A stretch of 64,000 nucleotides of DNA from Octopus vulgaris (Eukaryota): contig OX597824.1 in assembly GCA_951406725.2 (NCBI GenBank), positions 27,094,001 to 27,158,000 of the forward strand, written 5' to 3'. The notes under the pieces were generated by a model. That model ran no database searches. It had not been told where the DNA came from and worked only from the letters and a program-made list of their open reading frames with translations. Shown one piece after another: positions 43,110 to 56,075 of this stretch (position 1 is its first letter; each line of letters begins with the position of its first letter). Position numbers and translations under genes: made by a program.

Positions 43110-43251
43110 TATATATGAGAAACAAATAAACGTACGCGCATATTCGAGCAGCGTTGCAAAGTAAGCAATAACACGTGACTTTTCGGGTATCGGTTGTTTA
43201 CCTATTTTTCCTCTCGCTTTCTTCTTTCTTTTTTCTAGATCCTTCTACTTT

Positions 43252-43280
43252 CTGATGACGGATCTTCGTCCAAAACGTTA
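43252..43280 (+). ncRNA. Degenerate minimal hammerhead motif
   Basis: CUGAUGA-C-GGAU(CUUC)GUCC-AAAA-CGUU; the G of GAAA is replaced by A and stem I is unclear. Confidence 0.4.
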
Positions 43281-43358
43281 CAAACCTTTCTAAATTACAG
43301 ACTAAATTCACACTATTTTTTATCATGTTTGTTATTCCTCCAGCAGTGTTTACATCCG

Positions 43359-43420
<62 letters not shown>

Positions 43421-43444
43421 TGTGTATGTGTGTGTATGTATGTG

Positions 43445-43490
<46 letters not shown>

Positions 43491-43557
43491 ATATATATAT
43501 GTTTGTATGTGCGTGTGCATTCGAGTTCTTACATACGTGTTTGCAGACATGTATACA

Positions 43558-43642
<85 letters not shown>

Positions 43643-43718
43643 GTTTACACACATTCACAAAACCTTTCAGCATATGCAGTACTTCTAATGAAACACTTTC
43701 ACATGACCTACATACGCT

Positions 43719-43771
<53 letters not shown>

Positions 43772-44876
43772 TATATATATATTAATGTATCTATGAATAT
43801 AAATATGCATATACATATACACACACATGCATGCACTGTCTCTGTGTGTGACTCCCCCCACAGGCATACACACGCACATACACATATATAAACATCTAAA
43901 GTAACAACTAAACATAAATTAATGCTGTATAATGTTATTTAAATATTGTAAATTTCTAAATTTCCTTAATCAAGTATACACACACACACATATACATACA
44001 GGTATCCATCTATCAATCCATAAATACATACTTACATACATAAATACATACTTACATACATACATACATACGAAACAAATACCAGCATACAAGAAACACA
44101 CATACACATATATACACACACACACAGGGATACTATCAAAATGTAGAACAAAAAAAACAATAAAGAGAAACAACAATAAACAGAAATAAATATAGAATAA
44201 GTAATAAAAATAATGAAATTAATATAACAAAGAATGGGAGGATGTACGCAAAACATTAGGGAACACAATGATATGTAAAATCAATTTAGTGAGAATCCCT
44301 AAATTATAGTCCTGTTTTCGTTTCAATATTTATATATTTATATATTTATATATTTACATATATACATATTTACGTATTTGTAAATATATTTGTTTACATA
44401 TTTATTCATTTATATAATTATTATTTATTTGAAAAAAAACAACAAACAAAAACAAACAAAAAAAAAACAAAAACAAAAAGAAAGATGAAGGAATTTTCTG
44501 GAATGTTCTGTAGATAAGGTAATTTAGAATTTGCTGTGCTGTTGTTCTCTTCTGTTCTCATAATAATTTCAATTCCAATTTCCGTGTTTCAATTAGCTAA
44601 TCATTATCGTTATAATTGTTCGTTGTTAACGTCGTCGTCGTCGTCGTCGTCGTAGTTGTTGTTTTTTTGTTGTTTTTTTTGTTGCTTTTGTTGTTGATTT
44701 TTTTTAGTTTTCAGTTTTTGCAACTGTCATTGCCAATGATGTTACTGCTGCTGCTGCTGCTGCTGTTGTTGCTGTTGTTGTTGTTGTTATAGTTGCTGTT
44801 GTTGATATCGCAATATTGCTTCCAGAACCATCATCTTCGTTATTGTCATTGTCATTGTGATCTTCATCAACATCAA

Positions 44877-44912
<36 letters not shown>

Positions 44913-45557
44913 TATCATCATGGCCGTCGCCAGCACCACCACCACCACCAATACCAGCACCAGCACCAGCACCAGCACCACTACCACTACTATCACCCCC
45001 ACCGCCACCACCATCACTACTACCATCATCATCATAATCATCATCATCATCATCATCGTATCGTCTTTGTCGTCATCGTCATCATTGTAACGACGACGAC
45101 GACGAAGACCACTCCACCACCACCACCACCACTACCACCATCATCATCATATCGTCGTTGTCGTCAACATCATCATCGATACCACCATCACCACCACCAC
45201 CAGCAGCAGCAGCACCACCACCACCATTACTAATATGCAAAAGCAACAACAACAACAACAACAAGCCGTTATCCGAATTGTTTTGTATTTATTACCCTTG
45301 TGGAGAGATGTATAAGCAATATTAATATTCACAGTCGCTAATAGAGCTCCCCCTAGCGGATGATAAGTTGTAGGTTAAGAATCACTGATCAGGAAAAATA
45401 CAGAAGAACCAATACCAATACCAGCAACAAGGACGATAATAGCAATAACAAAAGCAAAACTTTATCATCCTGGACAACAGAGTACAAAAAGCACGGACAA
45501 TATTATTATAAGCAACAAAAACAACAATGCTGACAACATCGTCACCGTTTTAACAGC

Positions 45558-45870
45558 AATAATTTTTGTCTACTATAGGCACAAAGTCTTAAGGGTGCAA
45601 GCCGGTTATATCTAGTATTTAACCTCGAATGGATGAAAGGTATAGTGGACATCAGTGGAATTTGAGCTCAGAGTGTAAAGATGGACGAAATACCGCTAAG
45701 CATTTCGTCATGTCCGCTAACGGACATGCTTAGCGGTATTTCGTCTGTTTTTACGTTCTGAGTTCAAATTCCGCCGAGGTTCGGTTGCGTACTGTGGTCG
45801 CAAAATTTCGGGGCTTGTGCCCCTCCCACAAAATTTCGGGCCTTGTGCTTGGTGTAGAAAAGACTAATAA
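45558..45870. mobile_element. Two head-to-head SINE B fragments forming a fold-back
   Basis: Minus copy 45558-45703 and plus copy 45726-45870; perfect 20-bp arms 45684-45703 / 45726-45745. Confidence 0.8.
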
Positions 45871-46067
45871 GTTCTCTAACAATAACTGTAATAGCTTTGT
45901 CTAATTTTGACCCAAGGCTAGGAATTTTGAGCGTGTGAGGTCTTGACAATTATATCGACTGCTACGGATTTTATCAACAGTTAACGAGAATAGTATTAAT
46001 AATAATATTAATAACAACAACAACAACAATAATAACAACATCACCACCACCAACAACAACATTTACA

Positions 46068-46479
46068 AGGCGTAGGAGTGGCTGTGTAGTAAGTAGCTTG
46101 CTTACGAAACACATGGTTTCGGCTTCAGTCCCACTGCGTGGCACCTTGGACAAGTTTCTTCTAATATAGCCCCGGGCCGACCAAAGCCTTGTGAGTGGAT
46201 TTCGTAGACGAGAACTGTATATATATCTATATATATGTATGTATGTGTGTGTGTGTGTGTATATGCTTGTGTGTCTGTGTGTAGCCCCACCCAACATCGC
46301 TTGACAACCGATGCTGATGTGTTTACGTCCTCGTAACTTAGCGGTTCGGCAAAAAGAGACCGACAGAGTAAGTACTAGGCTTACGAAGAATAAGTCCGGG
46401 GGTCGATTTGCTCAACTAAAAGGCGGTGTTCCAGCATGGCCACAGTTTCAAATAACTGAAACAAGTAAAAGAGTAAAAG
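46068..46479 (+). mobile_element. SINE group A, full length
   Basis: AGGCGTAGGAGTGGCTGTG head through AAGTAAAAGAGTAAAAG tail. Confidence 0.9.
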
Positions 46480-46808
46480 CAACAATAACAACAACGAGAA
46501 CAATAACAAGAGCGACAATAACAACAACGGCAATAACAACTGAAACAAAAACAAAGACAAAACCAACAAAAACAACTCCAACACTGACAACAATAACAAC
46601 TGCAACAACAATACCAACGACAATAATAGACTCAAGGCCATCTTCGTTGCAGCAAATTGCTTCATTTCTCATTAAATATTTCGTTTGCGCGGCTTTTCAA
46701 GTAATTAACCTCTCGTTTCACACATAAACCTGACTACATCACTGTCGCACCACCACCACCACCACCACCACCGGCACCACCACCAACAACAATATCAACA
46801 ACAACACC

Positions 46809-46936
<128 letters not shown>

Positions 46937-46944
46937 CCAACCTT

Positions 46945-46976
<32 letters not shown>

Positions 46977-47815
46977 TACATACATACATACGCACACAGG
47001 TATATATGCCTGCCGGCTTCCACCAAAGATTCATCAATCAAAAACCTCGTAAGGCACTGATACGCCAGGGGCTCTTGTAGTACAAGACACTTGCCCAAGA
47101 TGCCGTGCAGCGGAATTGAACCAGAGACTACGTAGTTACAGTGCTACCTTCGAAATCACATCATTATGCCAATACATACGTGCTTACATACATGGATGTA
47201 TGAATACATACATACATACGTACATACATACATACATACATACATACATACATACATACATACACACATACATATAAACATACATACATACACACACATA
47301 TATAAAGCACACACATACGTACGTGCATTCATATATATAAATAAATATATATATATATATATATATACATATATACATATATATATATACATCGAACCAT
47401 ACATACATTCATACATGCATACATACATGCATGCACACATATATACACACAATACATACAGGTATACATACATCCGCACATACATACATACATACATACA
47501 TACATGAGCTTATGTGTACGGATACATGCATATGTGTATGTACGTACGCATGTACGTATGTACGTATGTATGTATGTTTCTATATATGTATGTATGTATG
47601 TGGAAAGTAATACATGTAACAGAGATAACAGTAACTATATACCATATGTTATGATGTTAAAACATCATATATATATCGCGTGTGGCTAAATAATCGTGTA
47701 TAGCACTTATGCATGTATACGCATATCTGTATATCACTCTATCTGTATCTGTGTATCTGTGTATACGTGCGGCGCGTTTGCATGTGTAGCGAAATAAATT
47801 CACACATATTTCTGT

Positions 47816-47851
<36 letters not shown>

Positions 47852-48050
47852 TTAAACACACACACGCGCCCGCATGTATAGCCCCTGTGGTATGTGTAAT
47901 TGTTTATCACATACGTTGTTATCGCATGGAAACATCTCAGACAGGATATAACACGTCAGATCGTTGTTGTGATACCATCAATAAATATTACTTTAGCAGT
48001 GTATTACCATCCATGGAGAACGTATAGAAGAGAGCGCAGTGAGCAACGTG

Positions 48051-48117
<67 letters not shown>

Positions 48118-48266
48118 GTGCGCGTGTGTGAGTGAGGCTTATGCGGTGAGATGGCGACGATGGCGGTGGAGTTTGTTGTTGTTGGTGGCGGCGGCGGCGT
48201 GGGGGATAATGTGCTTATGCTTGTTAAGTGAGAAATAGCCGTATTGCTGTAATATTAATTGTAATT

Positions 48267-49180
48267 AAGGCAGCGAGCTGGCAGAAACGTTAGCACGCCG
48301 GGCGAAATGCGTAGCCGTATTTCATCTGCCGTCGTTGCGTTCTGAGTTCAAATTCCATCGAGGTCGACTTTGCCTTTCATCCTTTCGGGGTCGATAAATT
48401 AAGTACCAGTTACGCATTGGGGGTCGATGTAATCGACTTAATCCGTTCGTCTGTCCTTGTTTGTCCTCTCTGTGTTTAGCCCCGTGTGGGTAGTAAAGAA
48501 ATAGGTATTTCATCTGCCGTCGTTGCGTTCTGAGTTCAAATTCCGTCGAGGTCGACTTTGCCTTTCATCCTTTCGGGGTCGATAAATTAAGTACCAGTTA
48601 CGCATTGGGGGTCGATGTAATCGACTTAATCCGTTCGTCTGTCCTTGTTTGTCCTCTCTGTGTTTAGCCCCGTGTGGGTAGTAAAGAAATAGGTATTTCA
48701 TCTGCCGTCGTTGCGTTCTGAGTTCAAATTCCGTCGAGGTCGACTTTGCCTTTCATCCTTTCGGGGTCGATAAATTAAGTACCAGTTACGCACTGGGGTC
48801 GATGTAATCGACTTAATCCGTTCGTCTGTCCTTGTTTGTCCTCTCTGTGTTTAGCCCCGTGTGGGTAGTAAAGAAATAGGTATTTCGTCTGCCGCTACGT
48901 TCTGAGTTCAAATTCCGTCGAGGTCGACTTTGCCGTTCATCCTTTCGGGGTCGATAAATTAAGTACCAGTTACGCATTGGGGACGATGTAATCGACTTAA
49001 TCTGTTTGTCTGTCCTTGTTTGTCCACTCTGTGTTTAGCCCCTTGTGGGTAGTAAAGAAATAGGTATTTCGTCTGTTTTTACGTTCTGAGTTCAAACTTC
49101 GCTGAAATCGACTTCGCTTTTTATCCTTTCGTAGACCATAAAAATCAGTACCAGTTGAGCTCTGGGTTCGATATGATCGG
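48267..49180 (+). repeat. SINE B head followed by a tandem array of the SINE body (188/188/187/184 bp plus a diverged fifth unit)
   Basis: Units start at GTATTTC 48317, 48505, 48693, 48880 and 49064. Confidence 0.95.
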
Positions 49181-49752
49181 CTATAGACACATACATATGT
49201 GTATATGTATATATGCGTGTGTGCGCCTGTGTGTGTCTGCGCGTGCGTATAAGTGTATGAGTGTGTATGTATGAATATACATACACACGTACATAGACAC
49301 AAACATACGTATATATACCTAGACTATGACAAATCTATACACTTCGATTAGATATCTATTTACCAATATACACACACGTAAACAAATATATTCATGCATA
49401 TATGTGTATATCTATGTAAGCATTATGTATGTATATATATATATGTGTGTATATATATATGAATATGCATATATATATATATATATATATACATAAACAT
49501 ATTCAGACTCCCTTATATAAGCGCACGCATGCGCGGACGAGGGTGTCTGTGGACGGGAGGAGGGGATGTCTGTCTGCCCTTATACACACGCTTGGTAAAT
49601 ACAGTTTCAATGAAAGATAAGTTACGATATATTACAATGTATAATATAATGTAATATCACATTATATATTATATATATGCATATATAGAGGTGTGTATGT
49701 GTGTGTATGAGTATTTATAAACAGATAAATAGATATAGAAAGATAGATGGAT

Positions 49753-49786
<34 letters not shown>

Positions 49787-49832
49787 AGAGAGATAAATAG
49801 AGAAATAGATAAATAGTGTATCTGATAAAAAA

Positions 49833-49872
49833 ATAAACAAAAGCTGGAAAAGTGGCTCGTTGCCATGGAAAC
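49833..49872. promoter_or_regulatory. Candidate RFX X-box with nearby forkhead site
   Basis: GTTGCCATGGAAAC (49859-49872) fits the GTHNYY-AT-RRNAAC consensus; ATAAACA at 49833-49839; lies in a non-repeat island. Confidence 0.45.
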
Positions 49873-50015
49873 GTTTGTGTTGGTTCCTGACACATGATAT
49901 TATCCAATATTTAAAGATATCAATTATATTGACATATATCAATATTTAATTCATATTGATACTGTCGTTTCGATATTAATAATATTTCACTCTTCATAGC
50001 GATATTTTTTGAGCA

Positions 50016-50066
<51 letters not shown>

Positions 50067-50231
50067 ACACACACACACGTATGTATATATATACAAGCAC
50101 ATTCATACACTCATACATATACACATACATATACGCACGCACACATACAGATATATCATAGATACGATCATATTTTTATGTGAGTGTGTGTATGTATATG
50201 TGATATACGTATGCTTGTTATACACGCAATT

Positions 50232-50725
50232 ATGGCTGAGTGGTTACGAAGTTCGCTTTGCAACCACATGTTTTCGGTTTCGCTCCCATGGTGCGGCACT
50301 TTGGCGAATGTCTTTTACTATAACCCCACCCACTGATGCCATGTGAGTGAATTAGGCAGACGGAAACTGAATGGAGGCCCGTCATATATATACATACACA
50401 CACACACATATATATATGTATATATATATGCATATGTATGTGTATGTCTATACATGTGTTTGTGTGTGTAATTGGGTTTATATTGTATTTGCGTCCCGCA
50501 ACCAATCGCTTGCTAACAGGTGTCGGTTTATTTACCTTCCCGTAACTTTGTAGCTCAGCAAAAGAGAGCATTAGAACAAATACCAAGCATTAAAAAGAAA
50601 TAAGTATAAAAATAAAAGAAGTACTTATGTCCATTTGCTCGATTAAACCCGTCAATGGGTTTAATCCCTGCATGGCCGCTGTCCAATGACTGAAACATGT
50701 ATACGTAGACAGATTATGAAAAGAT
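50232..50725 (+). mobile_element. Old diverged SINE group A
   Basis: Collinear with A along its length but heavily substituted. Confidence 0.7.
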
Positions 50726-50726
50726 A

Positions 50727-50927
50727 TACTCTTTTACTCTCTTTTACTTGTTTCAGTCATTTGACTGCAGCCATGCTGGAGCACTGCCTTTAGTCGAGCA
50801 AATCGACCCGAGACTTATTCTTTGTAAGCCCAGTACTTATTCTATCGGTCTCTTTTGCCGAACCGCTAAGTGACGGGGACGTAAACACAATAGCATCGGT
50901 TGTCAAGCAATGCTAGGGAGACAAACA

Positions 50928-50978
<51 letters not shown>

Positions 50979-51146
50979 GTATACGACAGGCTTCTTTCAG
51001 TTTCCGTCTACCAAATCCATTCACAAGGCATTGGTCGGCCCGGGGCTATAGCAGAAGACACTTGCCCAAGATGCCACGCAGTGGGACTGAACCCAGAACC
51101 ATGTGGTTGGTTAGCAAGCTACTTACCACACAGTCACTCCTGCGCC
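50727..51146 (-). mobile_element. Young SINE group A, full length
   Basis: Highly similar to 57218-57620, 61450-61877 and 62163-62527. Confidence 0.92.
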
Positions 51147-51291
51147 TATGTTTATTTCTTTGGAAAGTCCACGTAGTTTGACACATTAAACTAGTCTATG
51201 TATAAAATCGAACAACCTAACACATAGGATTCCCCCTATTGCTTTGCTGAATATAGTTAAATCACTTCTGTTTATACCAATAAGATTTTAG

Positions 51292-51467
51292 TACAGTTCT
51301 ATATTTAAGAGATGAGGAATTATGTACATTATTTACATTCGACAGATATTTGTCCTCATCTTGTTTGTTGTTAACACAACGTTTCGGCTGATATACCCTC
51401 CAGCCTTCTTCGGGTGTCTTGGGGAAATTTCGAACCTGGGTTCTCATTCCTAAGGTATTTTTCAATG

Positions 51468-51470
<3 letters not shown>
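51292..51470 (-). mobile_element. Penelope-like 3' terminal region with hammerhead motif (51373-51418)
   Basis: Minus strand GACAC-CCGAAGA-A-GGCUG(10 nt)CAGCC-GAAA-CG-UU-GUGUU, stems I and II pair fully; downstream of the GIY-YIG ORF on the same strand. Confidence 0.8.
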
Positions 51471-51534
<64 letters not shown>

Positions 51535-51538
<4 letters not shown>

Positions 51539-51722
51539 TAGTTTTATTTTTTATAGCGTGCTTTCACTTCACTACCGAGCGCAGCTCTGTGTGCCTTAGG
51601 TATGTGCTGCGATTTGTTGTGATGCTCTGATGGTTATTGTATGGAAAGTGTTCTGCATAGGATGTGTGCAGTGCCTAGTAGTGCCATTTTCTGTATGTTA
51701 TATGTGTTTGTAAGTCCTGGTG

Positions 51723-51724
<2 letters not shown>
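51535..51724 (-). mobile_element. 3' end of an R4/Dong-like REL non-LTR retrotransposon inserted in (TAA)n
   Basis: Minus translation TPGLTNTYNIQKMALLGTAHILCRTLSIQ* matches the QKxxLLGTAxILR C-terminal motif; about 100-bp 3' UTR; (TTA)n on both flanks. Confidence 0.8.
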
Positions 51725-51779
<55 letters not shown>

Positions 51780-51851
51780 GTTAAGGTCACTGCTTAGAAT
51801 CGAACTGGGTAACCACTATGCCATATGCAATTATGGAGTGAATTTTAGGGC

Positions 51852-52180
51852 TTATAAATCTAATATTTTCCTATCCTTCCTTAATACCGGTTCCCTTATG
51901 CTGCTCATATCTGCTCTCGGTCTGCTTCGGAGGCTGTTGTGTCCTAGCATATGTGCTGCTTTCTTTATTTTTCGTATTTTCCAGTGGTGTTCTCTATCTA
52001 TTATTTTAACTTCATCCCACAGGGAGAGGTGGTCTCCATTTTTCCACACCTGATCAGCTATATCCGATTTATCAATATCTCCTCGTGTCACAGCTTTGCG
52101 ATGTTCGTCTACCCTTATTTTTTTGAGGGGGCAACATGTTTCGCCTTTGTATAACCTACCACAGCTGCATGAGATGGAGT
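51852..52180 (-). pseudogene. Penelope-like element GIY-YIG endonuclease C-terminal fragment
   Basis: YSISCSCGRLYKGET..L..RVDEHRK...S.IA...W..VKII.RE..W..R follows the PLE GIY-YIG pattern (YxIxCxC-YIGET-R-EH); the conserved Glu and His positions appear decayed; no RT domain present. Confidence 0.88.
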
Positions 52181-52238
52181 ACGAAATACCGCTAAGCATT
52201 TCGCCCGGCGTGCTAACGTTTCTGCCAGCTCGCCGCCC
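52181..52238 (-). mobile_element. SINE B head fused to the Penelope fragment
   Basis: Minus strand GGCGGCGAGCTGGCAGAAACGTTAGCACGCCGGGCGAAATGCTTAGCGGTATTTCGT runs directly into the ORF. Confidence 0.85.
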
Positions 52239-52703
52239 TTACCGTGGAAAAATACCGATGACTCACTTGACAGGCTAAAGTATAAAAGAGAGAGATACAA
52301 GCGGTATCTGAAGCGTTGCGATTCGATCCTGTGTACTTATCAGTGGCCTGACATTCGCTTCGTAAGATGCTATCTAGCGAATGTGCCTTAGCTACTACTC
52401 TAATGCTTTAAAGTCCATGTATAAACAGCTGAGTCAACAGATCCTGTCAGCAGAGACAACGGAGCGACTGTGGTCCGCTCAGTTTGTTATGCGTTTTGCT
52501 ATTGATTTGTGTGACGCGTTTGACGGTGTGCGCGCGTGTTTGTGCTTTGCTGGTGCGATTCTGCGTGGGTATGTGTGTGTGCATGTGTGTGTGCATGTGT
52601 GTGTGTGTGTGTGTAATACATGTATGTATGTATGTATGTATGTATGTATGTATGTATGTATGTATGTATGCGTGTATGTATGTATGTTGTATGTATGCAT
52701 GTA

Positions 52704-52749
<46 letters not shown>

Positions 52750-52750
52750 C

Positions 52751-52788
<38 letters not shown>

Positions 52789-52981
52789 CATAGCAGGCCT
52801 GACAAATATATATATATATATATTGCTTATTACAGAAACACACAGACACACACACAGACACACAAACACACACACATACACACACATGTATATATATATA
52901 TATATAAATATATATGTGCATATGTTTATATGTATGCATATAGATATAGATAAATAGATAGGTAGACAGATAGATAGATAA

Positions 52982-53024
<43 letters not shown>

Positions 53025-53054
53025 TGATAGATAGATAGATAGACAGATAGATAG

Positions 53055-53092
<38 letters not shown>

Positions 53093-53153
53093 ATGTGTGT
53101 GTGTGTGTGTGTGTGTTTGTGATAGATAGATAGATAGACAGATAGATAGATAA

Positions 53154-53191
<38 letters not shown>

Positions 53192-53311
53192 TTGTGATAG
53201 ATAGATAGATAGACAGATAGATAGATACACGACCGCTTATATTCACCAACCTGTACATGTGTGTCCCAGTGTATTGTTTTGAAAATTACGTTTGACATTA
53301 ACTCTCTCTCG

Positions 53312-53345
<34 letters not shown>

Positions 53346-53501
53346 GCGCGCTCGTATACAGCTACACAACATGCACTCAACCCAGATACACAAAAATGAT
53401 AATCTGGCGGGATTTTAGTCTGCAAGCAAAGCACAACATTGCAGATTAAATAATGCACCGTTCCTTAACAACCCTCCTCACTTTCACTATCTCTGTCTAT
53501 C

Positions 53502-53532
<31 letters not shown>

Positions 53533-53722
53533 AGCTTTCTCTCTCTCTCCCTCTATCTCTGTCTCTCTGTCTCTCTGTCTCTCTCTCTCTTTCCCTCTCT
53601 CTTTATGATTTATTAAATGCCAAGTCTCGACTTTTGGTAACTGTCACCTACATCTGCCTAAATTCAGAATCAGGCAGGCGTTAATTTGGAAATAGTCACT
53701 TCGTGTTCTTTCTTTCTTATTT

Positions 53723-54606
53723 TCCTTCCTTCCTTCCTTCCTTACTTCCTTCCTTCCTTCCTTTAGTCCTTCCTTCAGTCCTTCCTTCCTTCCTTCCTTC
53801 CTTCCTTCCTTCCTTCCTTCCTTCCTTCCTTCCTTCCTTCCTTCCTTCTTTCCTTCCTTCCTTCCTTTCCTTCCTTCCTTCTTTCCTTCCTTCCTTCCTT
53901 CCTTACTTCTTTCCTTCCTTCCTTCTTTCCTTCCATCCTTCCATCCTTCCTTCATTCTTTCCTTTCTTCTGTCCTTCCTTCCTTTCTTCAGTCCTTCCTT
54001 CCTTCCTTCCTTCCTTCCTTCCTTCAGTCCTTCCTTCCTTCCTTCCTTCCTTCCTTCCTTCCTTCCTTCCTTCCTTCCTTCCTTCCTTCCTTCCTTCCTT
54101 CCTTCAGTCCTTCCTTCCTTCCTTCCTTCCTTCCTTCCTTCCTTCCTTCCTTCCTTCCTTCCTTCCTTCCTTCAGTCCTTCCTTCAGTCCTTACTTCTTT
54201 CCTTCCTTCCTTCCTTCCTTCCTTCCTTCCTTCCTTCCTTCCTTCCTTCCTTCCTTCCTTCCTTCCTTCCTTCCTTCCTTCAGTCCTTCCTTCTTTCCTT
54301 CCTTCCTTCCTTCCTTCCCTCAGTCCTTCCTTCAGTCCTTCCTTCCTTCCTTCCTTCCTTCCTTCCTTCCTTCCTTCCTTCAGTCTTTCCTTCCTTTCTT
54401 CCTTCCTTCCTTCCTTCCTTCCTTCCTTCCTTCCTTCCTTCCTTCCTTCCTTCCTTCCTTCCTTCCTTCCTTCCTTCCTTCCTTCCTTCAGTCCTTCCTT
54501 CCTTCCTTCAGTCCTTCCTTCAGTCTTTCCTTCCTTCCTTCCTTCAGTCCTTCTTTCCTTCCTTCCTTCCTTCCTTCCTTCCTTCCTTCCTTCCTTCCTT
54601 CCTTCC
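53723..54606. repeat. (CCTT)n tetranucleotide tract, about 0.9 kb, with CAGT variant units
   Basis: Directly visible; followed by (CTAT)n and (CATT)n. Confidence 0.97.
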
Positions 54607-54612
54607 ATCCAA

Positions 54613-54689
<77 letters not shown>

Positions 54690-54698
54690 CATCCATCC

Positions 54699-54741
<43 letters not shown>

Positions 54742-56026
54742 ATTCTCTCTCTCTCTCTCTAGTTTTCTTTCTTTCGTTTTTTTCTTTCTTCCTTTCATTC
54801 ATTCATTCGTTCATTCATTCATTCATTCATTCATTCAGTCAATCTTCCTTTTTTCTTTCATCCTACATTCCTTCATCTTCGCATTTCTTCTTCATCCCCC
54901 CCACCAAAACCACTATCACCACCACTACCACTATCACTACCACCACCACCACAACCACCAAATCCACCACCGCCGCCACCACCACCACCACCACCACCGG
55001 CGCCGCCGCCGCCGCCGTCGTCGTCGTCATCATCATCATCATCATCACCATCAACATCACACACCCCTTTCTCCTACTCTTTCCCCCTCTTCTATAAGCA
55101 CACTATATTACCTACATATTGATTATGAGAATATGCACACCCGTCCGTACACACGTCCGATGCACATACAGGACACGTCCACTCAAACATACATACAACA
55201 CACACACATACACACACCACACACACACACATACGACTATGATTGTCAAAGATGTACACACACACACACAACACGGATACACGCTCACATTGACGTGCAT
55301 GCATACACAGAAAAACAGCCATACTATTGTACACACACATACACACATGCATGCGTACACACACACACATACGTACACATCCATACAAACATTTAGAAGC
55401 GCACACATGAACACTCACTCACAAACACACACACGTACACACACAGAGGAACACACTGATACACACAAAGTTCTACATACTAACATTCACACCCCCTATG
55501 TGCTCGCTACACCTGCTAGAAATAGCAGCCAATTATTCCTTTAACTTACTGCCGACTTAAATGAAAGGACAACGTTAGATAATGTGATCCCAAACGAACA
55601 ATATCTTTTATCTTCCTGTAACTTAGCGGTTGGTTCGGAAGGAGAACGATGAAGTAGTCATCGAACTTGAAAAATAAGTACTGGGTGTCGATTTGTTGGA
55701 CTAGAAATTTTCGGGTCGGTGCCCCAGCATGGCCGCAGTTCACATCACGTGAAAAATTAAAAGATAGACGTAGGCATATAAACATACCTGTAAACACACA
55801 CAGAGATACACACACACACACACAGAAACACGCAAATACAAGCACACACATACAAACATGCAAACACACACACACACACACAAACCTATACACACAGAGT
55901 TAACAAGACCAAATATCTTGGCATGGTACCAAAACGGTTTATTACCACAGCAATATTTTCTCTCCTGGCTGGTTATACGTTTCTGAAGAGAGATAAATTG
56001 TTGTAAATAATGGATATCACACACAT

Positions 56027-56075
<49 letters not shown>

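Noticed and set aside
48317-49064. Retrozyme interpretation of the 188-bp array, and its repeated 63-aa ORF
   Set aside because: No CUGANGA/GAAA hammerhead core found on either strand; the ORF is antisense SINE sequence.
53703-55097. 464-aa PSFL ORF and 194-aa EGRK ORF
   Set aside because: Translations of (CCTT)n.
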